DNA of 60,977 bases, counting the filler, from Rhizaria sp. SCN 62-66 (taxonomy: Eukaryota): NCBI GenBank assembly GCA_001724265.1. It is 4 parts of 4 records of this genome, joined end to end, with 100 filler letters (N's around TTAATTAATTAA, not from the genome) between each part and the next. Parts side by side here need not be neighbours in the genome. Positions count along the whole stretch, not along the records: positions 15,133 to 30,400 come from MEDY01000499.1; positions 30,501 to 45,415 come from MEDY01000500.1; 2 more parts are not named here. The stretch is one strand, 5' to 3'. How positions within the stretch are numbered: position 1 is the first letter of the stretch; every line of letters begins with the position of its first letter. Positions 22,801-32,704 of this stretch are shown in pieces. The position numbers were made by a program, and so were the translations under genes. The notes beneath the pieces were generated by a model. It saw only the letters and a list, made by a program, of their open reading frames with translations. It did no database searches and was not told the DNA's origin.

Positions 22801-25800
22801 CCGCGCCGCCACCGCACCGCGCCCGCCGCCGTCCGCCCGCCGCGCGCGCCGCCCGCGACCGTGGCTGCCGCGGCCGGCGAGTTCCTCGAACAAGCGCTCC
22901 CGTTGCTCTGGCGCCTCGGACACGCGCTCGCTGAGCTGCTGTATCTCCTCTGGCTGTGGCGGGACGGCGTGGCCGGGGCGCTCGCGCTGGCGGGCGCCGC
23001 GGGCGCGATGCGCAGGCTATGGCGACTGCAGGATCCCGCCGCGGCGTTCGGGCGCGCGGAAGTTAAGTCGCCTCGGTCCCCGCTCGACTCCGTTTCCACT
23101 GACAATAACAACAGCAACGATGATGCCGTTTCGAGTGAATTTACCAGCAATAACAACATCGGAACGTCGTTTTCTCTCATGGGTCACAGCGATGAGTTAC
23201 GCTCGAACACTGGCTCTGGTTCTGGGAGCTTTGCCCCAGTACCGCTGCAGCCGCCCGCAAGCCTCGCTAGCCCCCTTAGCTCCCCCAGTGCGAATGCCAG
23301 TGCGAGTGCTGGTGCTGAGGACGCGTTGTCGCTGCAGTCGTTGGCCGAGCTCGCGGCTGGTCTGCAGACTCTGCAGACATTGGGTGGCGAAGTTGCGTCA
23401 CGTCTGTCGCCGGCGCTGTTGCCCGCCCTGGCGGCCGCGGCGGCTGCGCAGCTGCAACACAAGCAGCAGCTCCACCACCAACAACAGCAACAGCAGCAAC
23501 AACAGCAACAATTACACCAGCAGTTACAGCAGCAGCAACAGCAGAAGTCTCCGGTCTCGATCGCCGACGACGCTACCGTTGCCGTCGACGACGACGCGTT
23601 CGCCGCGACTGCCGATCACCACGCTCCCGGCGCTCATCCTGCGAAACCGGTGCCGTTGTTGCCGCCGCAGCCTCTGCGACGCGGCGCTACGGCCGCGACT
23701 GAGAGCGCCCTCACAGCTACAGCGGCGCTTAATAGCACAGCGGCGGTCGCGGCGGCAGCGGCGGCGCTGTCACCGCCGGTGCTGGGTCCGCCCGCTTTGT
23801 CGCTGCCCTTGCCGCCGTCGTCTCTGGCGCCCCAACCGACCGGAGTGAGCACAGTCGCGCTCAGTGTCGCCCCCACGTCCATATCAGACGCGGGCACCGA
23901 CGCCGCGTCAGCTGCCGCCGCCGCCGCCGCCGATGCTGCTGCTGCTGCTGCTGCTGCTGTTGCGGAACAGAAGAAGGATGCCGCGAAGGGTCCGGTTGAT
24001 ATTGAACTCACGACTCCTCTCGCGGTCGCCTCTGCTTCTGCTTCCGCATCAGCGTTTTCAGGGCTTGGCACAGGGCTTGAGTCGTCGTCTTCAGTTGCCG
24101 CATCCCTGGCTTTCACCACAAACCCTAACGCCGCCATCACCACAGGCACCGGGAACGTCACGGCAGCTGGTCTCACTCTATCCATGCCCAACAACACCGC
24201 GACGGGCTCTTTGACGGCGACGACTGCTGCCACGCCGTCTTCGTCTGTAGCCACGGCTACAACGGCGGTGACGGCAACCGCTCCGACTGCCGTGGCTCCC
24301 GGAGTCCCGTTTTACCTCCCGCATTTGCCAGTGCAAGTCTCCCCGGGCCGTTTCGCGTCCGCATTCCGCGTCTCTGCGCGCGCCGCGCTCGGCCGCGGCG
24401 GCTTTGGCGTTGTCCGTGTCTGCCACAACTTGCTCGACGGGGTGGACTACGCGGTCAAGCAGGTGCTGCTGTGGGAGCGTGAGCGGCGTGCGAACGAGTT
24501 GCTGGTGCGCGAGGTGCGCGCGCTCGCGCGGCTGGACCATCAGCATGTGGTGCGGTACTACAACTCGTGGTTTGAGCTAGTCGGCCACGGTGCCGCGAGT
24601 AAAGAGGAGGAAGTGTGGGCTCTGTCGGTCAAGCGGCAGGGCGAGGACACCTCAGACGACGACGAAGACGAGGACGAAGATGAAGACGAGGACGAGGACG
24701 ACGCCGGTCAGACTCTGGACGTTGGTGACGATGAGGAAGATTATGGAGATGAGAAGCGTGATGCGATAGTGCTCGACCTCGACACCTCAGTGGCCGCCGC
24801 CAAGTCTCGCAAGCGGGGCAGCAACAACAGCAAGAAAGACGGCAAGAAGGCGGCCAAGGCCTCTGCTGCAAGCACTGTCTCTGCTGCGATTGCGCACGGG
24901 CACTCGATGTATTCGATGTACAGTACGCACGACTACTCGGCTTACTCGAATAGCTCGTGCTCGTTCTCCCTCACAGCCGCCGCGCTCGCCGGACCGGGAC
25001 TTGGGTGCTCGCCCCCGCGTGTTTCCGGCGTCGCAGGCGTGAGTGCCGGCACAGGTATCATGAGTTCTGCTGTCGTGGTGCACGAGGAGTCGAGTCTGTA
25101 CACGGATGACCGCTTCCGCAGCGCTCTCCCTGCTGCTGCCGCCGCGCTCACTGACGACGACGACGACTGCGCTGACGACGGCAACAACACTGGCAGTGCC
25201 AAGAAGGGCAAGAGGGCCGGCAAGAAGTCTAAGAAGGCCAAGAAGAGTCATGCTGGGCTGGCGCTGGCACACAGCAGCAGCGGCAGCCTCGGTGGCTTTG
25301 CTTGGGGGCCTGGCTCCGCTTCTGTCTCGGGCGCAGGCGGTGTTCCCGCCTCGGGCTCTGTCACAGGTTCCGTCACAGGTTCCGTCACGGGTTCGTCCAT
25401 GGCGGGAGGTACCCGTGGCCGCTCACACAGTAGTGCGACGGCTCTGCGCCGTCCTCGTCACGCCAAGGCTACTACGGACGGGGCGGGGGACGACAGCGTG
25501 GATCTTGTGTTCGAGGCGGACGGCGGCGCCGATGACTGTAATGACGGTCGCGGTGTGACTGGTGCTGCGGGACTGTGGGCTACGGGCTGGAGCGACGAAG
25601 ACGAGGACCAGAACCAGGATGAGGACGAGGATGAGGATGAGGATGTGGAGCATGATGAGGATGAGGACGACGAAGAGGACCGGGTGTCTGGCTCCAGCAG
25701 CAGCGTCGGCGGCGGTCTTTTCCAGCACTTGCACACCGCGCAATCGCAGGCGGAGTCCGACTCTCACTCTGACTCTGATAATGACGATGAGGGCGGTGTG

Positions 25801-27810
25801 CTGAACCAGAGCACGACACGCGCACGTCAGCTATCCGCCTCGAAATCAAAGCTGCGCGCGCCTCAGACCCCGACCTCTGCGTTCTCCGCTGCCACCGTTG
25901 CGCCGTCTGTGTCCGTGACCGTGCGCATTGCGTTTTCGCGCACCGGCTCCGTCGCCTGGGCCAAGGGCCACGCGCTGACGGTCACGCTCACCGTCAGCAC
26001 CACCGCAGCCGCTGGCTCTGCCGGTGCATCGAACACAGCGCCCGGCACGCCCGCTGGTGCTGCGGGCTCTGTGACTCGCTATGTGACTCCGATGCTGACC
26101 TCAGCAGCGCGCTCTGCCTCTGCGTCGCACTTACCCGGCCTTGCTTCCTCACAGCAACAGCAACAGCAACACTTTGCGCATATGCCTGCCACGCCCCCGC
26201 GCGGCGCACTGCCCGGCTCTACTCACACCGCGACCGCGACAGCGACTGCGAGCGGGGCTGGGGTGACCCGCGCAGCCGCTGTACTGGGGCTGCCGCCACG
26301 CCCGCCCGGCTCTGCGCCGCGCCCCGCACTGCCTCTGCCGCCGCGCGGCGCTGCGAGCCCGGCCGCGACTGCCGTGCTTCTGCTCGCTGGTGGCCGGTCT
26401 CCGTCCCCGCGGCCGCGCGGCGGTGGCTTATCGGGCGACGAGTCCGACAACGAGTCTGGGTCCGACGCCTCGGTTGCCACGCACGGGGACGTCGACGCAC
26501 GCAGTGACGCTGGCGGTGCGCGCGCGGAGGCGGCGGGGGAGGCCGGCGCGGCGCTCGCGAGGGCGCAGCAGCGGCAGGACCAGATCCGCGGACAACAGCA
26601 ACGGCTCGCGCGTAAACAGGCCCAACAGCTGCAGCAACAGCAACAGCAACACCAGCAACAGAGTGGAGCGTTTGCGCTGCAGAGGCAGCTACTGCAGTCC
26701 CCTGATTCGCTCGACACGAGCTCCGGCGACGACGACGACGAGTCACGCGCTGCCACTGCCACTGCCACCGCCACGATTGTTGGAGGCAATGCTTCGGCGA
26801 GCACAACGACAGACCGCAGCCGCAGCCGCAGTCGCACAGGGCAGCAGACGCAGTCGACGAAACAGCTGTCGCGCGCGCTGTCGCCCATCGTGGCCGACGG
26901 CGCTGTGGCGGCGGCGGTGGCGGCGGGCGCGAGCGCCGCGGCGGTCGCAGCCGCGGGCGGCATGCACGGTGGCAAAGATAAGGGTCGCGGCATCTTGCTG
27001 TACATCCAGATGCAGTACTGCCGCGGCGGCACGCTCGCAGACTGGCTGCGCCGTCCTGGTCGCGTCGTGTCCGTGACGGACAACGTGGTGATCTTCGAGC
27101 AAATCGCATCAGGACTTGCACACGTGCACAAAAAGGGCATTTTGCACCGTGATCTGAAGCCGGCTAACATTTTTTTCTTCGACACGTGGCACGTCCGCAT
27201 CGGTGACTTCGGCCTATCGATCGAGCGCTCTGACCCGACCCTGGGCGACGAAGACGAAGACGCTGACGCGGATGCCGAGGCCGACGCGGGGGCCGACGGC
27301 GCTGAGCCTGCGAGTCCCAGCGCCGCGGCGGCCGCCAACGCGCTGCGCCTGCTTGCGGCCGGCGGCGCAGAGGCGCTTAACAATAGCTTCACTGTGGGTG
27401 TCGGCTCGCCGATGTACTCTGCGCCTGAGCAGCTGCATCGCCGCGGTGGGAAACCGCTGCGCTCGCCCTCAATCGCCACCGGAGCCGTTGTCTCCGCGGC
27501 TCCCGGAGCGTCGTCGTCTTCGTTATCGTCGTATGACGAGAAGGCCGATGTGTTCTCACTGGGCGTGATCTTCTTCGAAATGTTTCACGTGTTCTCCACT
27601 GAGATGGAACGCATCATGGCGCTTTCGGCCGCGCGCGAAGGTCGCGTCACGCCAGACACACGGCCGGGTGCGGCGTTCAACGAAGAGGCTTGCCGGCTGT
27701 GCCGCGCGATGCTGAGCCGCGATCCCGCGATGCGGCCGTCGCCGGAGGAGCTTCTCAAAGACCCCTGGCTGCGCCGCGAGCGCGCTAACGGGCCCGTACT
27801 CATCCTCTAA
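19852..27810 (+). CDS. Giant intronless eIF2-alpha-kinase-family (PEK/PERK-like topology) protein kinase, 2652 aa
   Basis: Kinase motifs: LGRGGFG, YAVK, REVRALARLDHQHVVRYYNSW, then a large insert, then LYIQMQYC, HRDLKPANIF, IGDFGL, TVGVGSPMYSAPEQ, YDEKADVFSLGVIFFEM and TEMER. Hydrophobic segments lie at about 19984-20050 and 22897-23010. Stop is TAA. Confidence 0.88.
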   Translation: MPSSSQPPSQPPSQPPCALRSGPADAAAALALLTQRSRRRRHRPLLLRSLLSVLLLALCYCAAPATADVTAVTVTPAAIATGASDADDAVALLSASQQHSTVKSAVKTSSTTENDYPESSSTTGSSSSASSLSAAFNTASMSVSALVSAASRVQSAREALLRLWARATATAATTVTTITAVPTVAPGNTVTGQASTSDTVGSIGTSASASASAGASASASAASVRPGLLGLLTVIVDDDSANTGSNSRGSGNGNGDSSAKTDSDTDAASAGSESGPEAETDGLRGLRALSASLQRQGLSRSAAEGLLSRTLALAGAALEPNGTTQQQQQQQDSSRTRSRTGSESNSEPNSDSSADSSADSGAVVAVDAQAALLSALSTAVAEALAAADDSLLVLIHRAASASAAAAAADAAASAATDGADASAVAVSQPQQQQQRGSAAAAATAAATAAAAAARAGAAAAAAAAAGGQRGGPPGAGTVTLAIGGTETAGGAAADGSGDAIVTVKATDNTPAARIRTGTGTGTGTNAKAAETAADVAAEDEDEAYDDDDDDDEDEDDYEIINTRSQSHFSSTPAATRGSTRGAHSRGGRAPPSRLTRRHLRTLRSLQAAHPPVMTRTNGNGLSTTTGSRTGSLASPRKSDLTITDHDVDHDPDVDTDIDTDAMALALAPAATGSRPSSSSARGGSNGLPRTTYSQSNDNSDGAAVPAAAAALDAGLVTEYLDWVRAMQYAQYLRLVPPPLRALLPAPEPPAGGAAAIAAAAAALDAPAASHSRALALAQGSGSGSGSGSGHDVLATGTGTGAAAGWLGPGENGATAVAVTVHAGFGSGSHFGSSSIAHGPSRGHAHGLIDGDGDGDGNPGGSNGAGHGDDDDDDDEDDEDDEDDGANTNTNKNPNNINDNDDARGTCDASADGDNDNDTDPDDDDTDSTSSSSPTIAAAATATAAASSVTEGGDVDADTGLDYPPLSPFAQALARLRPPPAARPPRRHRTAPAAVRPPRAPPATVAAAAGEFLEQALPLLWRLGHALAELLYLLWLWRDGVAGALALAGAAGAMRRLWRLQDPAAAFGRAEVKSPRSPLDSVSTDNNNSNDDAVSSEFTSNNNIGTSFSLMGHSDELRSNTGSGSGSFAPVPLQPPASLASPLSSPSANASASAGAEDALSLQSLAELAAGLQTLQTLGGEVASRLSPALLPALAAAAAAQLQHKQQLHHQQQQQQQQQQQLHQQLQQQQQQKSPVSIADDATVAVDDDAFAATADHHAPGAHPAKPVPLLPPQPLRRGATAATESALTATAALNSTAAVAAAAAALSPPVLGPPALSLPLPPSSLAPQPTGVSTVALSVAPTSISDAGTDAASAAAAAAADAAAAAAAAVAEQKKDAAKGPVDIELTTPLAVASASASASAFSGLGTGLESSSSVAASLAFTTNPNAAITTGTGNVTAAGLTLSMPNNTATGSLTATTAATPSSSVATATTAVTATAPTAVAPGVPFYLPHLPVQVSPGRFASAFRVSARAALGRGGFGVVRVCHNLLDGVDYAVKQVLLWERERRANELLVREVRALARLDHQHVVRYYNSWFELVGHGAASKEEEVWALSVKRQGEDTSDDDEDEDEDEDEDEDDAGQTLDVGDDEEDYGDEKRDAIVLDLDTSVAAAKSRKRGSNNSKKDGKKAAKASAASTVSAAIAHGHSMYSMYSTHDYSAYSNSSCSFSLTAAALAGPGLGCSPPRVSGVAGVSAGTGIMSSAVVVHEESSLYTDDRFRSALPAAAAALTDDDDDCADDGNNTGSAKKGKRAGKKSKKAKKSHAGLALAHSSSGSLGGFAWGPGSASVSGAGGVPASGSVTGSVTGSVTGSSMAGGTRGRSHSSATALRRPRHAKATTDGAGDDSVDLVFEADGGADDCNDGRGVTGAAGLWATGWSDEDEDQNQDEDEDEDEDVEHDEDEDDEEDRVSGSSSSVGGGLFQHLHTAQSQAESDSHSDSDNDDEGGVLNQSTTRARQLSASKSKLRAPQTPTSAFSAATVAPSVSVTVRIAFSRTGSVAWAKGHALTVTLTVSTTAAAGSAGASNTAPGTPAGAAGSVTRYVTPMLTSAARSASASHLPGLASSQQQQQQHFAHMPATPPRGALPGSTHTATATATASGAGVTRAAAVLGLPPRPPGSAPRPALPLPPRGAASPAATAVLLLAGGRSPSPRPRGGGLSGDESDNESGSDASVATHGDVDARSDAGGARAEAAGEAGAALARAQQRQDQIRGQQQRLARKQAQQLQQQQQQHQQQSGAFALQRQLLQSPDSLDTSSGDDDDESRAATATATATIVGGNASASTTTDRSRSRSRTGQQTQSTKQLSRALSPIVADGAVAAAVAAGASAAAVAAAGGMHGGKDKGRGILLYIQMQYCRGGTLADWLRRPGRVVSVTDNVVIFEQIASGLAHVHKKGILHRDLKPANIFFFDTWHVRIGDFGLSIERSDPTLGDEDEDADADAEADAGADGAEPASPSAAAAANALRLLAAGGAEALNNSFTVGVGSPMYSAPEQLHRRGGKPLRSPSIATGAVVSAAPGASSSSLSSYDEKADVFSLGVIFFEMFHVFSTEMERIMALSAAREGRVTPDTRPGAAFNEEACRLCRAMLSRDPAMRPSPEELLKDPWLRRERANGPVLIL

Positions 27811-28329
27811 TATAAAATGAACACACACAGTTTACAATAGCACATATTAGTTGTCGGTTGAGATAAAACGACAAAATCAATACATAGCCACACTTTTTTT
27901 TCCAAATGATTCCGGTCAGAACACATGTGTAATCAATCGACATTCGCAATCGTCTTAACATCTTCCACAACAGGATACGATATAATACATTGTACATGTA
28001 CATGTACAAAAAAACACGCAAGTTCTAATGATACACATCCGAGTGTATTTCGTAAGACGTAACATTCAAAAATAAATCTGGTTGACACCCCCTCACTGAA
28101 ATGCCTATCATGTCATTCATTGCTTGCATCAGCGCGCGTGCTGTGAATAGGAGACCTTTTGAGATTCTTTTGCCTTATTTATTTTTGTTTTGCTTACCAG
28201 TTGCACGCTCTGCCCCCGAACAGCTTTCGCACATTCTTGTTCGCTTAGATCAAGGAAGAGTGAAATGGGTTTCCAGACATATTAAATGTCGATCAAGGGC
28301 AACACAGAAAACGAAAAAAACTGAGGTAC

Positions 28330-28680
28330 CACCTTGGATAACAGCGAAGCATGCCTCATCGCTTCATCGCGAGCCTGTGTCAGCGCAGCTTTAGCGTTCG
28401 TTTGTGCTTCTTGGGCCGCATCGAGCTCGGCTTGTGCGCCCGCCTCAGCGCTTGAGACTTTCATTTGTGCTGCGCTCATCTTCATATCAGTTCGATAAAC
28501 GTTTAGCTTCGCGATGTGAAGAAGCATGTTGGCGTGATTGACATCGATCTTGATCTCCTTAGGCATCAAGTTAGTCGTCGTCAAACAAGTTTGCGCATCC
28601 TCGAGTAAAGATTAAGCATGCGTAAAGCGTGCGGGCGCCTCATTTAGAAAAGACTCAGCACTTGTGACACGAGTTTATTA
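28330..28680 (-). pseudogene. Possible decayed coiled-coil gene fragment
   Basis: Heptad-like translation (SAEAGAQAELDAAQEAQTNAKAALTQARDEA) with an in-frame TAA at 28612-28614, weak codon bias and no clear start. Confidence 0.3.
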
Positions 28681-29250
28681 GGTTCGCTGAGAGTGACATG
28701 GCATGCAGCGGCGGTAACGTACCTGTACGTGAGCGGATTCAGAAATCGGTTTGTAGTCGCTCTATCACGTGATGGTGGGTGTTCATATCGACTTCTAGTG
28801 ACCACGCACAATGAGAGTGACAAGTGACTGTGAGTTCAAAGAGTGGTATTGGACAAGAGGTTGAAAGCCGAGAGAAGGAGCAGATAACTTAATACAATGT
28901 ATACTGGTGAGTATCAATTAAAAGAACACCACCTTTGGCCACATCAACTTAAACCGTCATCAGCTACCTCGTTTCTCGCCTTGCTCACGGTCATTTCAGC
29001 ACTGTGGGCCAGGAAACGGGAGGCCTAATCGCCAAAGAAACATCGATCTTTTGCGTAGTTGATCATCAATACATGTATAGCCCGGTTGCATGTGACATAG
29101 TTCTAAATATTACATCTTTGTATTTTTTTGCCCCGGTAATTCCTATGTGTAAACAATAATCGACGGCTCAAATTCCCGAACCGACTTCAACCCGTCCACC
29201 GTCCACGCTCTCTCCTGCATCTCAAACTATGTTCCTACTCCTAGAGACCA

Positions 29251-30400
29251 ATGTCAACTGATATGGGCACACCTTGCAAGTTATGTCGCACGTCTCACGT
29301 TGCATCTCCTGGAGGCCCAGCCATGGAGATCTGCGTGGGTTGCTTGATGGTACGTCCACACAAATTTGGCCTGAGTTTCTTGGACAACCCGCCTCGACTG
29401 CACACAACTGAGCTACGAATTCTATTCGGGAAGACGACGCAACGCCAAATTATTTGACTAACAATCACCTCTCTTGAAATGTGCGACTGGTTGTTTTTGT
29501 TGTTATAGGCTCAACTCGCGCTTCTCGACTCAGGGCCCTCCGATCTGACTGTCCCGTCGCCTTCCGCCGCTGTGGCAGCAGCAGGCACCGCAATCGGCAC
29601 TCACATCCTACCGAACAACCCCAACGTACGTGTTCCTATAGCTGCGCGTCCGTAATTATCGCCATTCTTCGACACTGACAAATGCCGTTTGTGTAAGTGA
29701 TTCTTGAACACTGACTACTCATGAATGATACTGACCTGGATACCATAGTTGGATCAGTACTGTAAGCTCAGCTTATCACGTAAGCTACAATACGCTGTAT
29801 CGATAATCGTACTTTCTATTATCTGCGCTCATTTAATTCATTCTGCACCCCCGAAATCCATCATGTTCTTCTCTCAAAACTGCTCTGACCTTTGATGCTC
29901 GCATAGTACTGCCACCGCCACGACCACCCGATTGAGATCGTCAACTGGTGCGACACCTGCAACACCACTGCGTGCGCGCAATGCGCATACCTGTTCGGCG
30001 AGCACAAGGATCACACGGGCCGCTTGCTCAGCAGCGTGCGCGCTGAGCTGCGGACACGCGCAGAGCAGCTACCGCCGCAGCTGGCTCGCTTTGAACGCCG
30101 TTGCAGAGCAATTTAGGCGATGTGTCTAATTGCTATTTAGAAGAAAATACCAAGCAAAATTAGCATCTGAAAATGAAACAAACACATCTCATATGCAATC
30201 CGTTCTTGAATCGACTCTGTACTTGCAACTTAGGAGCGACACGTCGATATGACTCACTTCAAGACCGAGGTCGATGACACGCATACGGCTCTGCTTGACC
30301 GGAGCAAGTCCTTCACCGCCCAAGCCGCCGCCCCGCTTGCGACAGTGTTGTCGCAGCTCAAGCTGTACACTGCGCAGTCAATGAGTGCTGAAGAGAAGAG
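29251..30400 (+). pseudogene. B-box/coiled-coil protein, copy B (exons 29251-29349, 29509-29625, 29907-~30100, 30234->30400); third splice donor apparently lost; truncated by contig end
   Basis: Collinear paralog of 15184-16087 (YCHRHDHPIEIVNWCDTCNTTACAQCAYLFGEHKDH). Where copy A has GAC GTT AGG|GTACGG, copy B diverges with no GTACG donor. A downstream coiled-coil-like exon ERHVDMTHFKTEVDD... follows an AG at 30232-30233. Confidence 0.55.
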
Positions 30401-30500
30401 NNNNNNNNNNNNNNNNNNNNNNNNNNNNNNNNNNNNNNNNNNNNTTAATTAATTAANNNNNNNNNNNNNNNNNNNNNNNNNNNNNNNNNNNNNNNNNNNN
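30401..30500. other. Artificial contig-joining spacer
   Basis: 44 N + TTAATTAATTAA + 44 N. Confidence 0.97.
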
Positions 30501-30502
30501 CT

Positions 30503-31984
30503 AAGGTTCCTTCCAAGCAGCAGGACTCTAAGACTCCTTCTAAGCAGCAGGACTCTCAGCAGGACTCTAAGGTTCCTTCTAAGCAGCAGGACTCTCAGCA
30601 GGACACGAAGGTTCCTTCGAAGCAGCAGGATTCCACTAAGCAGCAGGACTCCAAGGTGCCTACTAAGCAGGACGACACCAAGACTCCTACCAAGGACGAC
30701 ACCAAGACTCCTACCAAGGACGACACCAAGACTCCTACCAAGGACGACACCAAGACTCCTTCCAAGGACGACACCAAGACTCCTACCAAGGACGACACGA
30801 AGGACTCGAGTAGCTCTCTGAACCTGAACAGTATCGTGGTCGACAGCAACGGCATCCGCTGGGGCTACCGCATTCAGAACGCCACGACCATCGACAAAAA
30901 CGGTAAGAAGGGCTGGAAGTGCGGCGGCAAGTGCCTCGACAAGACCAAAAACCAGTGCAACGCCGTCGGTGGCTTCGTCAAGAACCTCTGCGGCGGAGGC
31001 AACAACAACCAGTGCTGCCCCACGGTGATCAAGTACCGCATCGACGACAGTGCCGCTGACAAGGCTGCCGCTGAGAAGGCCGCTGCCGAGAAGGCCGCTG
31101 CTGAGAAGGCCGCTGCTGAGAAGGCCGCTGCTGAGAAGGCCGCTGCTGATAAGGCCGCTGCTGATAAGACCGCTGCTGATAAGAAGGCCGCTGATTCTCT
31201 GTCCGCCGCCGAGAAGGCTGCTGCTGAGAAGAAGGCTGCCGCCGAGAAGGCCGCCGCTGACAAGAAGGCTGCTGCGGACAAGAAGGCCGCGGACAAGAAG
31301 GCTGCCGCTGACGCCAAGGCTGCTGAGAAGGCTGCGAAGAAGGCCGCCGAGGCTCAGGCCAAGGCTGATAAGAAGGCTGCCGAGGCCAAGTCTGCGGCTG
31401 AGAAGAAGGCCGCCGCTGACGCTAAGGCTGCCGCTGACAAGAAGGCTGCTGAGGCCAAGGCCGCTGCCGACAAGGCTGCTGCTGCCCAGGCTGCCGCTGA
31501 TAAGGCTGCTGCCGACAAGAAGGCTGCTGCTGACGCGAAGGCCGCTGCCGACAAGAAGGCTGCCGATGCCAAGGCCGCTGCCGACAAGAAGGCTGCCGAT
31601 GAGCGCGCCTCTCTTGCTGGCAAGTCCACCATCACCTCCAACACCGTCACCAACGCGGACGGCTCCACGGTTGTGACGACCATCACCACGACCTACAACG
31701 CCGACGGCAGCAAGACGGAGAAGACCGAGACGCTGACCACGACGCCCACCGGCCCGTGGTTGCCGAGCAACAAGTCCATCACCGACGCAACGGGCAAGTT
31801 CCTCCGCTGGGAGTGCAACGGCTACTGCATGGACACCAAGAACCGCTGCGACACGGGCTCCTACCTGCCTGATCTCTGCCCTGGCGCGGCCGCTAACGTC
31901 ATGTGCTGCTCCAAGATGCACCGCACGGGCGGCGCCACAACCAAGGCCTCTCGCACCATCACGATCCCCGCGCCCAAGTTTTAA
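30503..31984 (+). CDS. 5'-truncated repetitive protein: KVPSKQQDS/TPTKDDTK repeats, Cys-rich module, long (A)AAEK/AADK helix, second Cys-rich module
   Basis: The frame is open from the contig start. It contains 24-nt tandem repeats at about 30660-30800, 15-nt repeats at about 31050-31600, and two modules of the form C..x.C.D.K..C...G....LC.G......CC. Stop is TAA. Confidence 0.75.
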   Translation, partial: KVPSKQQDSKTPSKQQDSQQDSKVPSKQQDSQQDTKVPSKQQDSTKQQDSKVPTKQDDTKTPTKDDTKTPTKDDTKTPTKDDTKTPSKDDTKTPTKDDTKDSSSSLNLNSIVVDSNGIRWGYRIQNATTIDKNGKKGWKCGGKCLDKTKNQCNAVGGFVKNLCGGGNNNQCCPTVIKYRIDDSAADKAAAEKAAAEKAAAEKAAAEKAAAEKAAADKAAADKTAADKKAADSLSAAEKAAAEKKAAAEKAAADKKAAADKKAADKKAAADAKAAEKAAKKAAEAQAKADKKAAEAKSAAEKKAAADAKAAADKKAAEAKAAADKAAAAQAAADKAAADKKAAADAKAAADKKAADAKAAADKKAADERASLAGKSTITSNTVTNADGSTVVTTITTTYNADGSKTEKTETLTTTPTGPWLPSNKSITDATGKFLRWECNGYCMDTKNRCDTGSYLPDLCPGAAANVMCCSKMHRTGGATTKASRTITIPAPKF

Positions 31985-32704
31985 GTCCCGCGCTTTCTTG
32001 AGAGGGACTGCGAAGATGGTGAGAGGCGCGAGTTCGTGTGGAGGTGGATGAGGTGATGTGTGTTTGATCTGTTCATGTCAAAGCGCTGTGTAGAGCTGCG
32101 TGAGCGCGCCCACAGCGGTCTTCTAAGGGGAAGGAGGTTTGCCGTCGCTCTTTGGGAGCGAGCTGGCACTGCGTTGATGAAGAATTTGTTTCTGTACACT
32201 TTGTTTTTGTCTGATTGCCTGGGATTTGTGTGTGTTTGCGTCTCGTGTGCGCTTCCCACTCTTTACCCCAGTCACTAGACCCATCGTTGATATACGTGAG
32301 GGATATGATGCCTATCGACCAATCATTAACAAAATAAACCGTATACTTCAATCTTTGCTTTCTTCTTCACGTTTATTACTGCAATGCTACCAGTAAATTA
32401 CGCTAACGCAGCATATTTGGTTGTACAATGTACATGTATTAAATTGAAGCTATTACAAATGAACTAGGTATACAACTTCGGGTACCACATAATTGATTGC
32501 GGCACAGAGAAGGCAAGAATAGACACACTCAACAGCGTCAGGACGCCACATCACAATTGTTCTTGTTCTTTCAGATACATACTTAAAAACACGTTCTTTT
32601 TACTCATAGTCATATTCAAATCGACAGAAATTAAACCAACGATTGCATGCAGCCAGCGTCGCACGCTGAGACTCGCTCCTGCACATCAGAGAGATGTCTC
32701 TCCA

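Noticed and set aside
28612-28614. In-frame TAA in a coiled-coil-like fragment as evidence that UAA is also reassigned
   Set aside because: The fragment looks decayed (weak codon bias, no clear gene structure), and TAA terminates 11 good genes in the window.
30100-30170. Two TAGs downstream of the B-box exon of copy B
   Set aside because: They lie in AT-rich intron-like sequence after the lost donor, not in credible CDS.
30560-31600. Tandem repeats as a possible CRISPR array
   Set aside because: The 15- and 24-nt units are in-frame coding repeats without unique spacers, and there are no cas genes.
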